Assembly (NCBI GenBank): GCA_030141605.1
Contig: JAQGDQ010000745.1
Span: 1 to 64,000 of the forward strand
Length of the DNA: 64,000 nucleotides
Direction of reading: 5' to 3'
Origin: Tubiluchus corallicola
Taxonomy: Eukaryota > Animalia > Priapulida
Shown: positions 12,496 through 23,532 of the stretch, one piece after another
Layout: the number at the start of each line of letters is the position of its first letter
Position numbering within the stretch: position 1 is the first letter of the stretch
Notes under the pieces: model-generated
The model's input: the letters and a program-made list of their open reading frames with translations, nothing else
Told to the model about the DNA's origin: nothing
Database searches by the model: none
Translations under genes and position numbers: made by a program

Positions 12496-12857
12496 GTGGA
12501 ATTTCTCGCCTTGAGAGACGACGTTCCCGTAGACGATCCCGTTCCCGTTCTCGCCGACGTTCTCGTTATGGAAGACGTTCTCGCCGACGTTCTCGTTATG
12601 GAAGACGTTCCCGTCGACGTTCTCGTTATGGAAGACGTTCCCGTCGACGTTCTCGTTATGGAAGACGTTCCCGTCGACGTTCTCGTTATGGAAGTCGCGA
12701 ATGGCCTGACCAGCCTTATCCTGATCCTTGGGGATCACCTCAAAGGCCATGGCCTCCAAGGCCACCACCTCCAAGGCCACGACCTCCAAGGCCTCAGCCT
12801 CCGCCTATACCTGATCCTTGGGGATACCAAAGGCAACGACCTCCAAGGCGGGGGTAG
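12496..12857 (+). CDS. Nested protamine-like / sperm nuclear basic protein-like gene, coding exon 2 (122 aa total)
   Basis: CTTTGCTTTCCAG acceptor; spliced frame reads MAGGISRLERRRSRRRSRSRSRRRSRYG(RRSRRRSRYG)4SREWPDQPYPDPWGSPQRPWPPRPPPPRPRPPRPQPPPIPDPWGYQRQRPPRRG*; 47/122 residues are Arg; TAG at 12855-12857; GC-rich island in an AT-rich intron. Confidence 0.72.
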
Positions 12858-12942
12858 GCCCATCTTTGCCGAAATACAAGCTCTGCAAAACTTCACGGTA
12901 TGGCAGCCTTACTGAGAATATTTGTTGAATTGGAACTGCAGG

Positions 12943-13200
12943 TTATTTATTTTGACTTACAATGATGTATGAAATTGTACCGTAATTTATTAGCATTTCC
13001 GGAGTTGCAGTCAAACACAACATTTTACTATTGTACATGAAGATACTGGTTACAAATGCACTGAGAAGACGCAAATTTGTTTTGAGGGAAAGTTTCTTGC
13101 TGGAGAGAATTGATTTATCTTTGATAAAACAATATATTGCTTGCTGTTTCATATTTTTCGTCTCATCAATTATGATGCCATTATTCAAAATTTTAAATCG
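12943..13200 (-). mobile_element. Degenerate LINE (RTE-like) reverse-transcriptase fragment
   Basis: Peptide KLSLKTNLRLLSAFVTSIFMYNS resembles the post-RT region of RTE-type LINEs; it lies inside the predicted 3'UTR intron of the nested gene. Confidence 0.4.
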
Positions 13201-13243
13201 CACTTAGAGCACCTTACTAACACATGATTTTTTTCTTTTTCAG

Positions 13244-13450
13244 AAATATTATTGAAAATTCTCCCTAGCAAAATTGAAATGACAAATTTACAAGCAGAAG
13301 GGAAAAAGTTTCTGCCACAAAAAGTTTTCGATCTTCATCATTACTGTAACGTCAGATGAGCTTAGCTTCAGTGGAAAATCAACCTTTCATACTTGTACGA
13401 AATTGTTAAATGTTTTTTAAAAAAAATAATAAAGTTTTGGCTTAAAGCAT
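13244..13450 (+). other. Probable non-coding 3' exon of the nested gene
   Basis: Donor ACG|GTATGG at 12898; perfect branch point TACTAAC at 13215-13221; long U-tract and CAG acceptor at 13241-13243; AATAAA at 13428-13433. Confidence 0.55.
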
Positions 13451-14074
13451 TTTTTGGTTTTATTGTATTGCGATTATGTGAAAAATCTGTGAAATTGTAT
13501 CATAATTATTACAAATGTTGTGATAATTTTTGCAACCAGTGTCGTCATAGTTATTTTATGCAGAAAATTAAAGCCATCTAATGAATGTAATACGGAGTCT
13601 GAACTGGACATCAGCATGATTTACACGCCCTATGTGGAGGCTGCAAGCCATTATCCGTGCACTCCATCAAATGCAGGGATTACTATGGCGTCAGTTGTGA
13701 GGTAATTATTCAAATATGAGGAACAACTGCTAACTTTTATAGACAAGTAAATGTATATTTTAGAGAGTAAATTTATGACACCACCACCACCGCCACCACC
13801 GCTGCTGCTGCTGCCTCTGCATTGCTACTACTACTACTACTACAAACACCACCACCAACACCAACACCACCACCACTACTACTACTACTACCACTACTGC
13901 TGCTGCTGCTGCTACTGCTACTGCTGCTACTACTATTACTACTACTACTACTACTATTACTACTACTACTACTATTACTAGTACTACTACTACTACTACT
14001 ACTACTACTACAAACACCACCACCACCACCACCACCACTACTACTACTACCACTACTACTAGTGCTACTACTGC

Positions 14075-14105
<31 letters not shown>

Positions 14106-14115
14106 ACTACTACTA

Positions 14116-14147
<32 letters not shown>

Positions 14148-14234
14148 TTTGCTGCTGCTGCTGCTGCTGCTGCTACTACTACTATTACTACTACTACTGC
14201 TACTACTGTACTGCTACTACTACTGCTGCTGCTG

Positions 14235-14266
<32 letters not shown>

Positions 14267-14309
14267 GCTATGGCTGCTACTACTACTGCTACTAAATCCA
14301 CGATTAAAA

Positions 14310-14482
14310 GGGGCTGCATGGTCTAGCGGTTATAGCACAGGATTTGCAATGCAAAGGTACCCCGTATTGACTTTTTGCGACTTACGTCAGCCCCAAGTTT
14401 TGCCTCAGCTGTTTTATGCATAATACGTCGTTAGAGACTGTTTGTGTGAAGAAGCAGCACAAATTAGAAATGATGATGATGA
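14310..14482 (+). mobile_element. Possible degenerate tRNA-derived SINE
   Basis: A-box-like TGGTCTAGCGG in a tRNA-like 5' end, decayed B box, (ATG)n tail. Confidence 0.3.
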
Positions 14483-14649
14483 TAAGATCAAACAGAGAAA
14501 ATGTAATTAGCCCAGAGAAGGTAAGTAAACAAGGATGTTATGAGCTTTCTGCTATCCACAAGACATTTATTATAATAAGATAAATGTCAGGGAGATAGTG
14601 AAGAGCCAGTAAACTCAGCAGAGGGCTAACAACTTCTACTTCTATTTGT

Positions 14650-14883
14650 GCTCTACTAAGCGGAGTAGCTGCATCAGCAACCAACGGCTAGAGGGAGGAG
14701 GAGTGGAACCCCGAAGGACCAGTACAGCATGCTCACTGTGACTCCTGCAGCCAACCTGGTGCTAAACGTATCGCTCCGCTTTCCTTTGGACTATACCAGG
14801 GAGGAAGAGAGGGGGTTCCTGATGTCTGGGCAACTCAGGATCCCCCCATACACCTTGCCCAGGCGTGCGCCCTGGAATGGCCA
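14650..14883 (+). mobile_element. Diverged partial copy of the SINE body / RTE 5' region
   Basis: CTCCTGCAGCCAACCTGGTGC...TATCGCTCCGCTTTCC...CCTTGCCCAGGCGTGCGCCCTGGA is shared with the minus strand of 22780-23070. Confidence 0.7.
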
Positions 14884-14924
14884 AAGTAAAAGAAGGAAAA
14901 GGTTATTGTCATGATGAATGGTAA

Positions 14925-16090
14925 GGTGAAAGGTCATGATTACAATGAACAGAGAGGTGAAAGGTCATGATTACAATGAACAGAAGGGTTAAAGGTCATG
15001 ATTACAATGAACAGAAGGGTTAAAGGTCATGATTTCAATGAACAGAAGAGTTAAAGGTCATGATTTCAATGAATAGAAGGGTTAACGGTCATGATTACAA
15101 TGAACAGAAGGGTTAAAGGTCATGATTACAATGAACAGAAGGGTAAAAGGTCATGATTTCAATGAACAGAAAGGTGAAAGGTCATGATTACAATGAACAG
15201 AGAGGTGAAAGGTCATGATTACAATGAACAGAGAGGTGAAAGGTCATGATTACAATGAACAGAAGGGTTAAAGGTCATGATTACAACGAACAGAAGAGTT
15301 AACGGTCATGATTACAACGAACAGAAGAGTTAACGGTCATGATTACAACGAACAGAAGAGTTAACGGTCATGATTACAACGAACAGAAGAGTTAACGGTC
15401 ATGATTACAATGAACAGAAGAGTTAACGGATTACAACGAACAGAAGAGTTAACGGTCATGATTACAACGAACAGAAGAGTTAACGGTCATGATACCAGTG
15501 AACAGAGAGGTGAAATGTGACCATCACTATGAACAGAAAGGTGCGAGGTCATAAATGTCGTGATAACAGGTCAAAGGTCACAATCACCAATATAAAAAGT
15601 CAGTCGCTATAACAATGAAAGGTAAGGTGAAAGGTCATAATTGCCATGTACAAAAAGGTGAAAGTTGACTATCACAATGAACGAAAAAGGGAAAGATTGC
15701 GATTACAATGAACAGAAAGATGAAAGGTCACTGTCACCACGAACAGAAAGGTGAAAGGTCACTGTCACCACGAACAGAAAGATGAAAGGTCACTGTCACC
15801 ACGAACAGAAAGGTGAAAGGTCACTGTCACCATGAACAGAAAGATGAAAGGTCACTGTCACCACGAACAGAAAGGTGAAAGGTCACTGTCACCACGAACA
15901 GAAAGATGAAAGGTCACTGTCACCACGAACAGAAAGGTGAAAGGTCACTGTCACCACGAACAGAAAGATGAAAGGTCACTGTCACCACGAACAGAAAGGT
16001 GAAAGGTCACTGTCACCATGAACAGAAAGATGAAAGGTCACTGTCACCACGAACAGAAAGGTGAAAGGTCACTGTCACCATGAACAGAAA
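14925..16090. repeat. Two related 31-bp minisatellite blocks (AAAGGTCA...GAACAGA)
   Basis: Block 1 at about 14925-15520 (AAAGGTCATGATTACAATGAACAGAAGGGTT); block 2 at about 15715-16090 (GAAAGGTCACTGTCACCACGAACAGAAAG[A/G]T, alternating). Confidence 0.9.
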
Positions 16091-17097
16091 TGTGCGAGAT
16101 CACAAATGTCATGATAAGAGGTCAAAGGTCACAATAACCAATATAAAAAAGTCAGTCGCTATGACGAAAGATCGAGGTCACAATCATCGTATGTCATCTA
16201 TCGGTCTGATTGCCTTGAGGGGTGCCTGGAGAGAGGAAAGTTATCCAGAACATAATATGAGAGCAGTTTCTGGACGTCACAAGCCGAGGATGGAAAATGC
16301 CTCCCTTCCTGTAAATCCTTGTCTGGAATTTTCAGCACTACCTACAGCTATAGAAGATCTTCAAACCAGATTTTGCCATTTCAGATAAAGATGACAAATC
16401 TGTCCTTAATTCTACAGAAAAACCGGCAGCATTAGCAGAAGAAGATCAAATGCACATCTGCTATCTGCGCCAAATTTCACACATCAACTGCTTTAATATT
16501 TTGCCCTGGTTCTTTTACTGATGAGATAAGCAAAAGTAGGGAAACATAAGGAGAAACGAAAAGGATGAACTTCCCCTGGGATGACCAACTGCTCTAATAT
16601 TTTGCCCTGGTTCTATTAGTAATGAGATGAGCAAAAGTAGGGAAGCACAGGGAGAAGAGAAAAGGATGAACTTCCTCTGGGATGACCAACTGCTCTAATA
16701 TTTTGCCTTGGTTCTTTTACTAATGAGACGAGCAAAATTAGGGAAGTACAAAGAGAAAATGATGAACCTCCCCTGGGATGACATTAAGCATCTTTTACTG
16801 GTTGTCTCTGTACAGCTTAGTGTGATATGATCTTTACCCTGGATATTTGTCCTAATTAGTTTTTTATTGCTTGTTCTGCAATTAATGACAGGATTTGGAA
16901 AAAAAGGTAAATCTGTTATTCTGGAATGGTTTGCTGATGTTGTTAATGTATTTAAATATAAAAAGCAGAGTAAAATATTCTTTGTGCGCCCAATCATTGA
17001 AGCAACAATGATCAACATTCAATCTAAAACAAATTAGGACAAATACCCACTATGGAACGAACTCTGTAATCAAATAAGCAATTCTACTTTGGAATTG

Positions 17098-17342
17098 TCT
17101 ACCATTACAGGTTAAACAAATCAAGTCCCTATCAGCATTTAAAACAAAATTTAAATCACTAATATTAACCAGATATGAAATACCATCACACCAGTACGAC
17201 AACAAACACACTAATTCAGAATTCATATATCCACGGCCATATTAATTAAATCATAATTTTTTTCATTCTTTGTGCATAGTTGTAAATATGTTTGATTTTA
17301 TTCGTCGTTACTTTCCATTACTGCACAGTAGTTTAGATTGCA
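17098..17342. repeat. 246-bp interspersed repeat, copy 2
   Basis: Near-identical to 11585-11830. Confidence 0.8.
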
Positions 17343-17559
17343 CTGACACATTTGCCTTTAGCAGTGTAAGTTTTTATTAACTAACACTGATTGATCATCT
17401 CTGTAAAGTTTTTATCAGTGATTATCAATGTATTTTAATGGCAAATAAAGATTATTATATATTCTTTATTATTATTAAGATTAAGATTATTAAGATATAT
17501 ATATATATAAACACACATTCCTACCCATATCAAGACATAGGAACGACCTGGACATTTAA

Positions 17560-18107
17560 AGGAAAACCAGACGATTGTTTAGACTCAATCTCATTTTAAT
17601 TAACTGTCCAAAATGTAGATTTTCTTGCTTATAAAAGTTAACAATTGTTTCTTATATTTGAATAATTAGCTTAGACAGTTAATTAACGGCAACAGAACAC
17701 AGCTATTGCTTACGTCAGAAACTAACCGCAGTTTGTGCAATGGCAGGCGTCTTCCCTTGCGCGTCAAACACGTTTGCGTAAGTGTTACAGTACTGCGTAA
17801 ATGCATGATGTCACGAGAAATGGGCTTTACGTCATAGGACGTCAGAAACTAACACTGCAGTCCATGATCATAGTTATCACGGTACCACCTTCTATTTGTC
17901 GGCCACGCGAATGTGACAAAAAGGCGCCGCTGCCAATCTTAGTAGATTCACTGAGCCGCGCGTAGCTTTGAAAGTTTAACAAAATTTGAGTATCCGAGGT
18001 AATTATTATTTAATCTAAGCTTTGATTTAAAAATGCTGTTGTAGTTTTCAATATTTTAGAGCAAACTTTATTCTGAACTCATGTTTACACAATCATCTCG
18101 TTTTCCT
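17560..18107. mobile_element. Kolobok-like element, second copy
   Basis: Highly similar to 21317-21862; more diverged inverted copies at about 24160-24540 and 30740-31280. Confidence 0.72.
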
Positions 18108-19019
18108 TTAGGTACCAGCCATTATTATTTTGCAAGTAAAAATTTACATTCATGATGTTAGTTTTTTGCTCTTACATGTGCTTTGCTAGAGAGATGAACA
18201 CTGCACCTTCATCTTGAAAATGTGTTGCACGAAAAACAGGCGCTGTACGTTTAGTTTAATTCAGTTTAGTTTATTCCATTTGCCATAACAGAATAACGCA
18301 TAAATATGGTGAAAATGCAAAATACCAAATTAAAAGCAACAAGCAGGTAATTAAGAAAGTTGATTAATGGATAATTGGGGTTGTTCAAAAAGAAAACTTC
18401 TGAAGGTCAGCCCCAATAAGGCAAATAGAAAGGAAGGGATAGATGCAAGAATAAAACGTGGGAAGAAAAGGAGTAGGAAAAGTGAAAGGATATGAAAATA
18501 TGAAAGTGAGAGAAAAAAATTGAAACATAAAAAATTAGATTCAAGTGAACAAATTTTTACGTTTTTATTCGTTTTTTTACGTTTTTTATTTACATAACAG
18601 TTCAGTTGTGACATAGCGCACACTTGTAGTGAAATCGTGTGCTGGCACAGCAGTAAGCTTGAATTTGAATGTTTAAATTTCAAATTGCAGAGACCGTGTG
18701 AATAATAGTCAGTGCTATACAGTAGTGCTGTACTTCAATAAACACGTGTATTGCACTTGTGGCGTGTTTACGCTGTTTCAAAAATCACGTTCACTTCTGA
18801 CGTCATCGCCAGCTGTGCTCTCCAGCCAGCATTTAAGTCAATATTTAATTATCAGAGACACTTTGACATTATCAAAAATGTTAAAGTGTATGTGTTTCAT
18901 TACACTTCAAAATAGAACAGGACATGAAAAACTGACTTGTTTTCCTTTAAATGTATTTCTCGAGCAAATCGACACATGCTGATTTCCATCACACACTGGC
19001 ATGGTCACTTATTATAGCA

Positions 19020-19504
19020 CAGGGGTGTGCAAATTATCCATTAAACTTTCCCGCAATTCCTGCGGGCCACAGGCAGTTTGATCAAGGAGCCAAGTATAGA
19101 AAGGCCTAATAACGATTTTTTTGCATCCGACCTGCGTACATCATTACTACTACACTCGAGAAACTATTTTAGAAGTTATTAAAATTTATATTACAAACCA
19201 TATATTTCTACTTTCAGGACAGATAGTGGTAATTTCATTACAATGCATATTAGTAATGTGTATCACACAGTCTGTGTAGTACAGTGACATTAAGCTACAA
19301 CCGTCTTGTAAGGCTTAATGGCATCCGATCTAGTAGAAAAAACTACCCGCACTATCTTTGGGATCGTGGCACGGACTTCAGCTGGATACACTCAATTAAT
19401 CGCCAGGGCCGCACTTTCATTAGGTTGACAAATCTCTTCGCGGGCCGCACAAATTCTCTCGGCGGGCCGAAAGTGGCCCGCGGGCCGCAGTTTGCACACC
19501 CTTG
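19020..19504. mobile_element. Non-autonomous hAT element, family A
   Basis: Same TIRs and body; TSD TTATAGCA/TTATAGAT (6/8). Confidence 0.82.
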
Positions 19505-20834
19505 TTATAGATGAATGTGGCTGGCATAGACCTAAAGCCTCTTCACTGCTTCATTGTACAGTTGCTATAGGTCAAAGGTTAAGTGTACCACAGCAACACA
19601 TATTAACTAAAACCATCATGTGACATGTGGGTAAAGCAAAGCAATCTGCCACATCAGTTGTTTTACATGGATTAAACTTAATTGTGCTTTAGTCTGTGAT
19701 TTACTATCAGAATCTTGCTTGGGAGCAAGAAAAAATGAACTAGGTCAGATTCTAGTTACCTGTTAAAAGTGTTACTATTACAATAAGCATGGGCTGCGAG
19801 GCGTTCTCAAGTGTACACAAATGCGTCGTCTGGTACACTTAACCTTTGACCTTTTCACAATCATCATCAATCGCTGGAAGTGTGAAAAGGCGTACTATCA
19901 TAATAGTTTTGGCACGGATATAAACCAATGTGCCATGGTGATTTTCATTTGCTAATTGGGTATTAATCATCCACCAATAAGACAGAAAAACAGTAATGAG
20001 ACTTCTGGAGTTACCATCCATTTAATAACCAGAACTAGTATCGCTTCATTTCAGTCGTAGATATGTGCTCTAACTACACAGCTGTTTTGCTTTATTTTTC
20101 AAGTTAATCATGTGAAATGTACTTAGCAACGGAGATTCCATTTTAACGAATCTGTACCTATAACAGTACAGAGCGTATGAGACTAGCAGCTAGTGCCCTC
20201 TATTGGCAAGTAAAGCAAACAAAGTCTGTAGCAAAATCTGCAACTAAAACAAATCAAGTTGCTGCTCAGGCAAAATGTCAGACAGAAAAATGCGTAAATC
20301 ACAAGAAAACCCTCCACTTATATAAAGCTTAAAAAATTCGTCTTAAAATATTATACGACTTATATATATATAGTTTTGGTATTTTGGTAATATTGTTTAG
20401 CATGATAGTTTTGGTAATATTGTTTAGCATAATTATTGATGTGAGGTAGTCTAAGTGGACTTAAAATATCAGTTACCTTGTTTCATGCATAATATAAAAT
20501 ACCCAACTATCAAGGATACATGATACCTAATTGTCTCAAAAATGCCTAAGTACTGGCCGCTCCTATGCAAAAGTATATAAAACTGTCTGCAATTGACTCA
20601 AATAACTCCGCACAATTGATTCTATATTTTTACACATAGAGATGTACATGTGGTTACACTGATGTACGTGATGTAAACAAAGTGACGGCCTGCCAACTAG
20701 CGGTCAGCTTGTGAAATAATGTACTGGGTCCGTAAAAATTTTCTCAACGAATTTACACGATTTACAAAAATGGCACTACTGGTCTTCCAAAAACTCGGAA
20801 TTCCGCGTATCTGGGAAAAATTCTCATCCCTGCA

Positions 20835-20990
20835 GTAGAGAAAATTCAACGAAGAATGACCAGATTGATTCCAGGAATTTTCCCAGCGTATTCATAAAGG
20901 CTTCAGGAAATTGGTCTGACCAGCCTTGAGTATAGGCGCATGAAACAAGATATGATACAAACTTTTAGAACTCTACATGGTGTGGACGAA
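20835..20990 (+). mobile_element. CR1-like LINE fragment
   Basis: EKIQRRMTRLIPG...LQEIGLTSLEYRRMKQDMIQTFRTLHG is the typical CR1 ORF2 C-terminal signature. Confidence 0.65.
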
Positions 20991-21127
20991 ATCCGGTCAA
21001 CCTCGAATATAAGGGATGCCTCCGGACCGGAAAAAACTGTCCCTTATATCCGAAGTTGATTCAGACCGACAGTGTATCTAGACCTGTACACAGCATCTAT
21101 CAGAAAAAAGCTAAGCTGGATAGATTG

Positions 21128-21302
21128 GCCTATTTGGCTTCTGTTAACTACTTAATTAGTGCATAAGAGGCTCTGCCTATATAAACTGGTTGTATGTTTG
21201 TAAATTTACCACTGATGATGACAGCAGTAGCTTGTCGAAACATTTGGCATGATTTTAACTTTTTAATGTAAAAGTTTTAATAAAGTCGTGCTGTTTTTAA
21301 CT
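21128..21302 (+). mobile_element. Penelope-like pLTR remnant with a minimal hammerhead motif
   Basis: CCA-CTGATGA-TGACAGCAGTAGCTTGTC-GAAAC...TGG followed by AATAAA...TTTTAACT; second copy at 25914-26100. Confidence 0.5.
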
Positions 21303-21316
21303 AAAAAAGTTCTTAA

Positions 21317-21862
21317 AGGAAAAGCGGACGATTATTTAGACTCAATCTCATTTTCATTTAGTGTCCAAAATATACATTTTCTTGCCTATAAAAGTTAGCA
21401 ATTGTTCATTATGTTTGAATAATTAGCTTAGAAAGTTAATTAACGGCAACCGAACACAGCTATTGCTTACGTCAGAAACTAACCACAGTTTGTGCAATGG
21501 CGGGCATCTTCCCTTGCGCATCAAGCGTGTTTGCGTAAGTGTCACTGCTTAAACGTGTGATGTCACCGGAAAATGGGCTCTACATCAAATGACGTCATGA
21601 AACAAACACTGCAGTTCATGATCACGGTTAACACGGTACCGCCTTCTATTTGTCGGCCACGCAAATGTGACAAAAAGGCGCCGTTGCCAATCTTAGTAGA
21701 TTCACTGAGCCGCGCGTAACTTTGAAAGTTTAACGAAATTTGAGTATCCGAGGTAATTATGATTTAATCTAAGCTTTGATTTTAAAAAAGCTGTTGTAGT
21801 TTTCAATATTTTAGAGCATTCTTTATTCTGAACTCGTGTTTACATAATCGTCCAGTTTTCCT
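21317..21862. mobile_element. Kolobok-like non-autonomous DNA transposon
   Basis: TTAA-AGGAAAAGCGGACGATT...AATCGTCCAGTTTTCCT-TTAA: TTAA TSD with AGG/CCT termini. Confidence 0.75.
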
Positions 21863-22006
21863 TTAACACAGAACAAGTCAAGGGACCGATTCACGGGGTC
21901 AGGTCAACGGGGCCGGGCCCACATAAAACTGATACCGTTCCATCTCTGACAAAAATACTAAACCGAAAGGAAAGCTATGCGACCAAACATGTTAAAATCA
22001 GCTCAC

Positions 22007-22058
22007 CGAAAAAAGGGGAGATCGATTCAGCATTTCACCAAATATGCAGCCAACAGCC
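22007..22058 (-). CDS. CDK20: CDK20 coding exon 7 (W-AVGCIFGEMLNRSPLFS)
   Basis: TTTCAG acceptor and GTGAGC donor; 52 nt; kinase subdomain IX. Confidence 0.92.
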
Positions 22059-22249
22059 CTGAAAGAAACAGCAGTTGTACAGTTTAAGATTGCATCCGGT
22101 TTTGTTATTCCTGTACACAGATACAGTACAAGTGAAGAGGTCAAAATTCTGGTCGTCACAAACTAAAAGGCACGAAAGGCAGAAAGCGAATCATTTGTAA
22201 GAAAAGTTACTGTAGATACATAAATTATGAGCAAAATATATTATATTAT

Positions 22250-22655
22250 GTTGTATTGTATTGTATTGCTTTGTGCTGTACTGTACTGAACTGTACTGAA
22301 CTGTACTGAACTGTACTGTACTGTACTGTACTGTACTGTACTGTACTGTACTGTACTGTACTGTACTGTACTGTACTGTACTGTACTGTACTATACTATA
22401 CTATACTATACTATACTATACTATACTATACTATACTATACTATACTATACTATGCTATGCTATACTATGCTACACTATGCTACACTATGCTACACTATG
22501 CTACACTATGCTACACTATACTACACTATACTACACTATACTACACTATACTACACTATACTACACTATACTACACTATACTACACTATACTACACTATA
22601 CTATACTATACTATACTATACTATACTATACTATACTATACTATACTATACTATA
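22250..22655. repeat. Pentamer microsatellite (CTGTA/CTATA/CTACA)n
   Basis: Read directly; continues at 23216-23390 on the other side of the SINE. Confidence 0.95.
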
Positions 22656-23215
22656 CTTGTTGGCATCCTTCTGTCTTGGAAGACAATAGAGTGTGCGCCA
22701 AGAGAGTCAGTTATTGATCACATTGATGGAGCTGCAGTGTCGACTGTGGCTGAACAATCCGATCCTTGAACCACTGGAGTGGCCTCTCCAGGGCGCACGC
22801 CTGGGCAAGGTGTATGGAGATCCTGAGTTGCCCAGATGACAGGAACTCCCCTCTCTTCCTCCCTGGTGTAGTACACAGGAAAGCGGAGCGATACATTTGG
22901 CACCAGGTTGGCTGCAGGAGCTGCCAGAGTCAATGAGCATCCTGCACTGGTCCGTCTTCGGGGCTCCACTCCTGATTTGGAAGGTTTACTCCTCTACACA
23001 TGGCCGTTGGGTCACTCGACCTCCTCCACACTCTAGCCGTTGGCTGCTTGTGCAGCCCCTCCGCCTAGTGTCGAGATACAGTGTGGGCATCCCGCAGGCC
23101 TACAGCACCTGGCATTAATAGGCGGTCACCCATCCAAGTACTAACCAGGCTCTACGTTGCTTAACTTCGATGATCAGACGAGAACCGGTGTTTTCAACGT
23201 GATATGGCCGTAGAT
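22656..23215 (-). mobile_element. 5S-rRNA-headed SINE (SINE3 type) with an RTE-like body and tail
   Basis: 23215-23097 is a near full-length 5S sequence without a TTTT terminator, fused to a ~440-bp body that recurs at 14650-14883; it ends GGATGCCAACAAG-(TATAG)n and has pentamer microsatellite on both flanks. Confidence 0.75.
23097..23215 (-). pseudogene. 5S rRNA-derived sequence (head of the SINE)
   Basis: TCTACGGCCATATCACGTTGAAAACACCGGTTCTCGTCTGATC...AGTTAAGC...TAGTACTTGGATGGGTGACCGCC...GTGCTGTAGGC matches metazoan 5S, with substitutions near the 3' end. Confidence 0.85.
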
Positions 23216-23469
23216 AGTATACTATACTATACTATACTATACTATACTATACTATACTATACTATACTATACTATACTATACTATACTATACTATACTAC
23301 ACTATACTACACTACACTACACTACACTACACTACACTACACTACACTACACTACACTACACTACATTACATTACATTACATTACATTATATATTATTAT
23401 AAAATATATTAACACAAATTATTTAATAAAACAGTAAATAAATCCATTAGGATAAACAAGTAAATTTAC

Positions 23470-23532
23470 CATAAATCCACCCCCTCATCGTACTTCTTCG
23501 CACCGTAAAGCAGTTCTGGCGCTCTATACCAT
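23470..23532 (-). CDS. CDK20: CDK20 coding exon 6 ([22 protein letters not shown])
   Basis: CTAG acceptor and GTAAAT donor; 63 nt; APE motif. Confidence 0.94.

Noticed and set aside
12421-12915. ORF-track protein with DVLVMEDVPV repeats (and its antisense ORF at 12475-12789)
   Set aside because: This is a shadow frame of the 30-bp repeat. Its start lies inside the predicted intron, and the splice phase from ATG GCT G selects the Arg-rich frame.
16485-16780. CTGATGAG...GAAAC in a ~101-bp triplicated unit as a hammerhead ribozyme
   Set aside because: No pairing stem II, and the motif is not kept in the other two units.
23097-23215. Functional 5S rRNA gene
   Set aside because: No oligo-T terminator, substitutions in the 3' region, not in an array, and fused to an interspersed repeat body.
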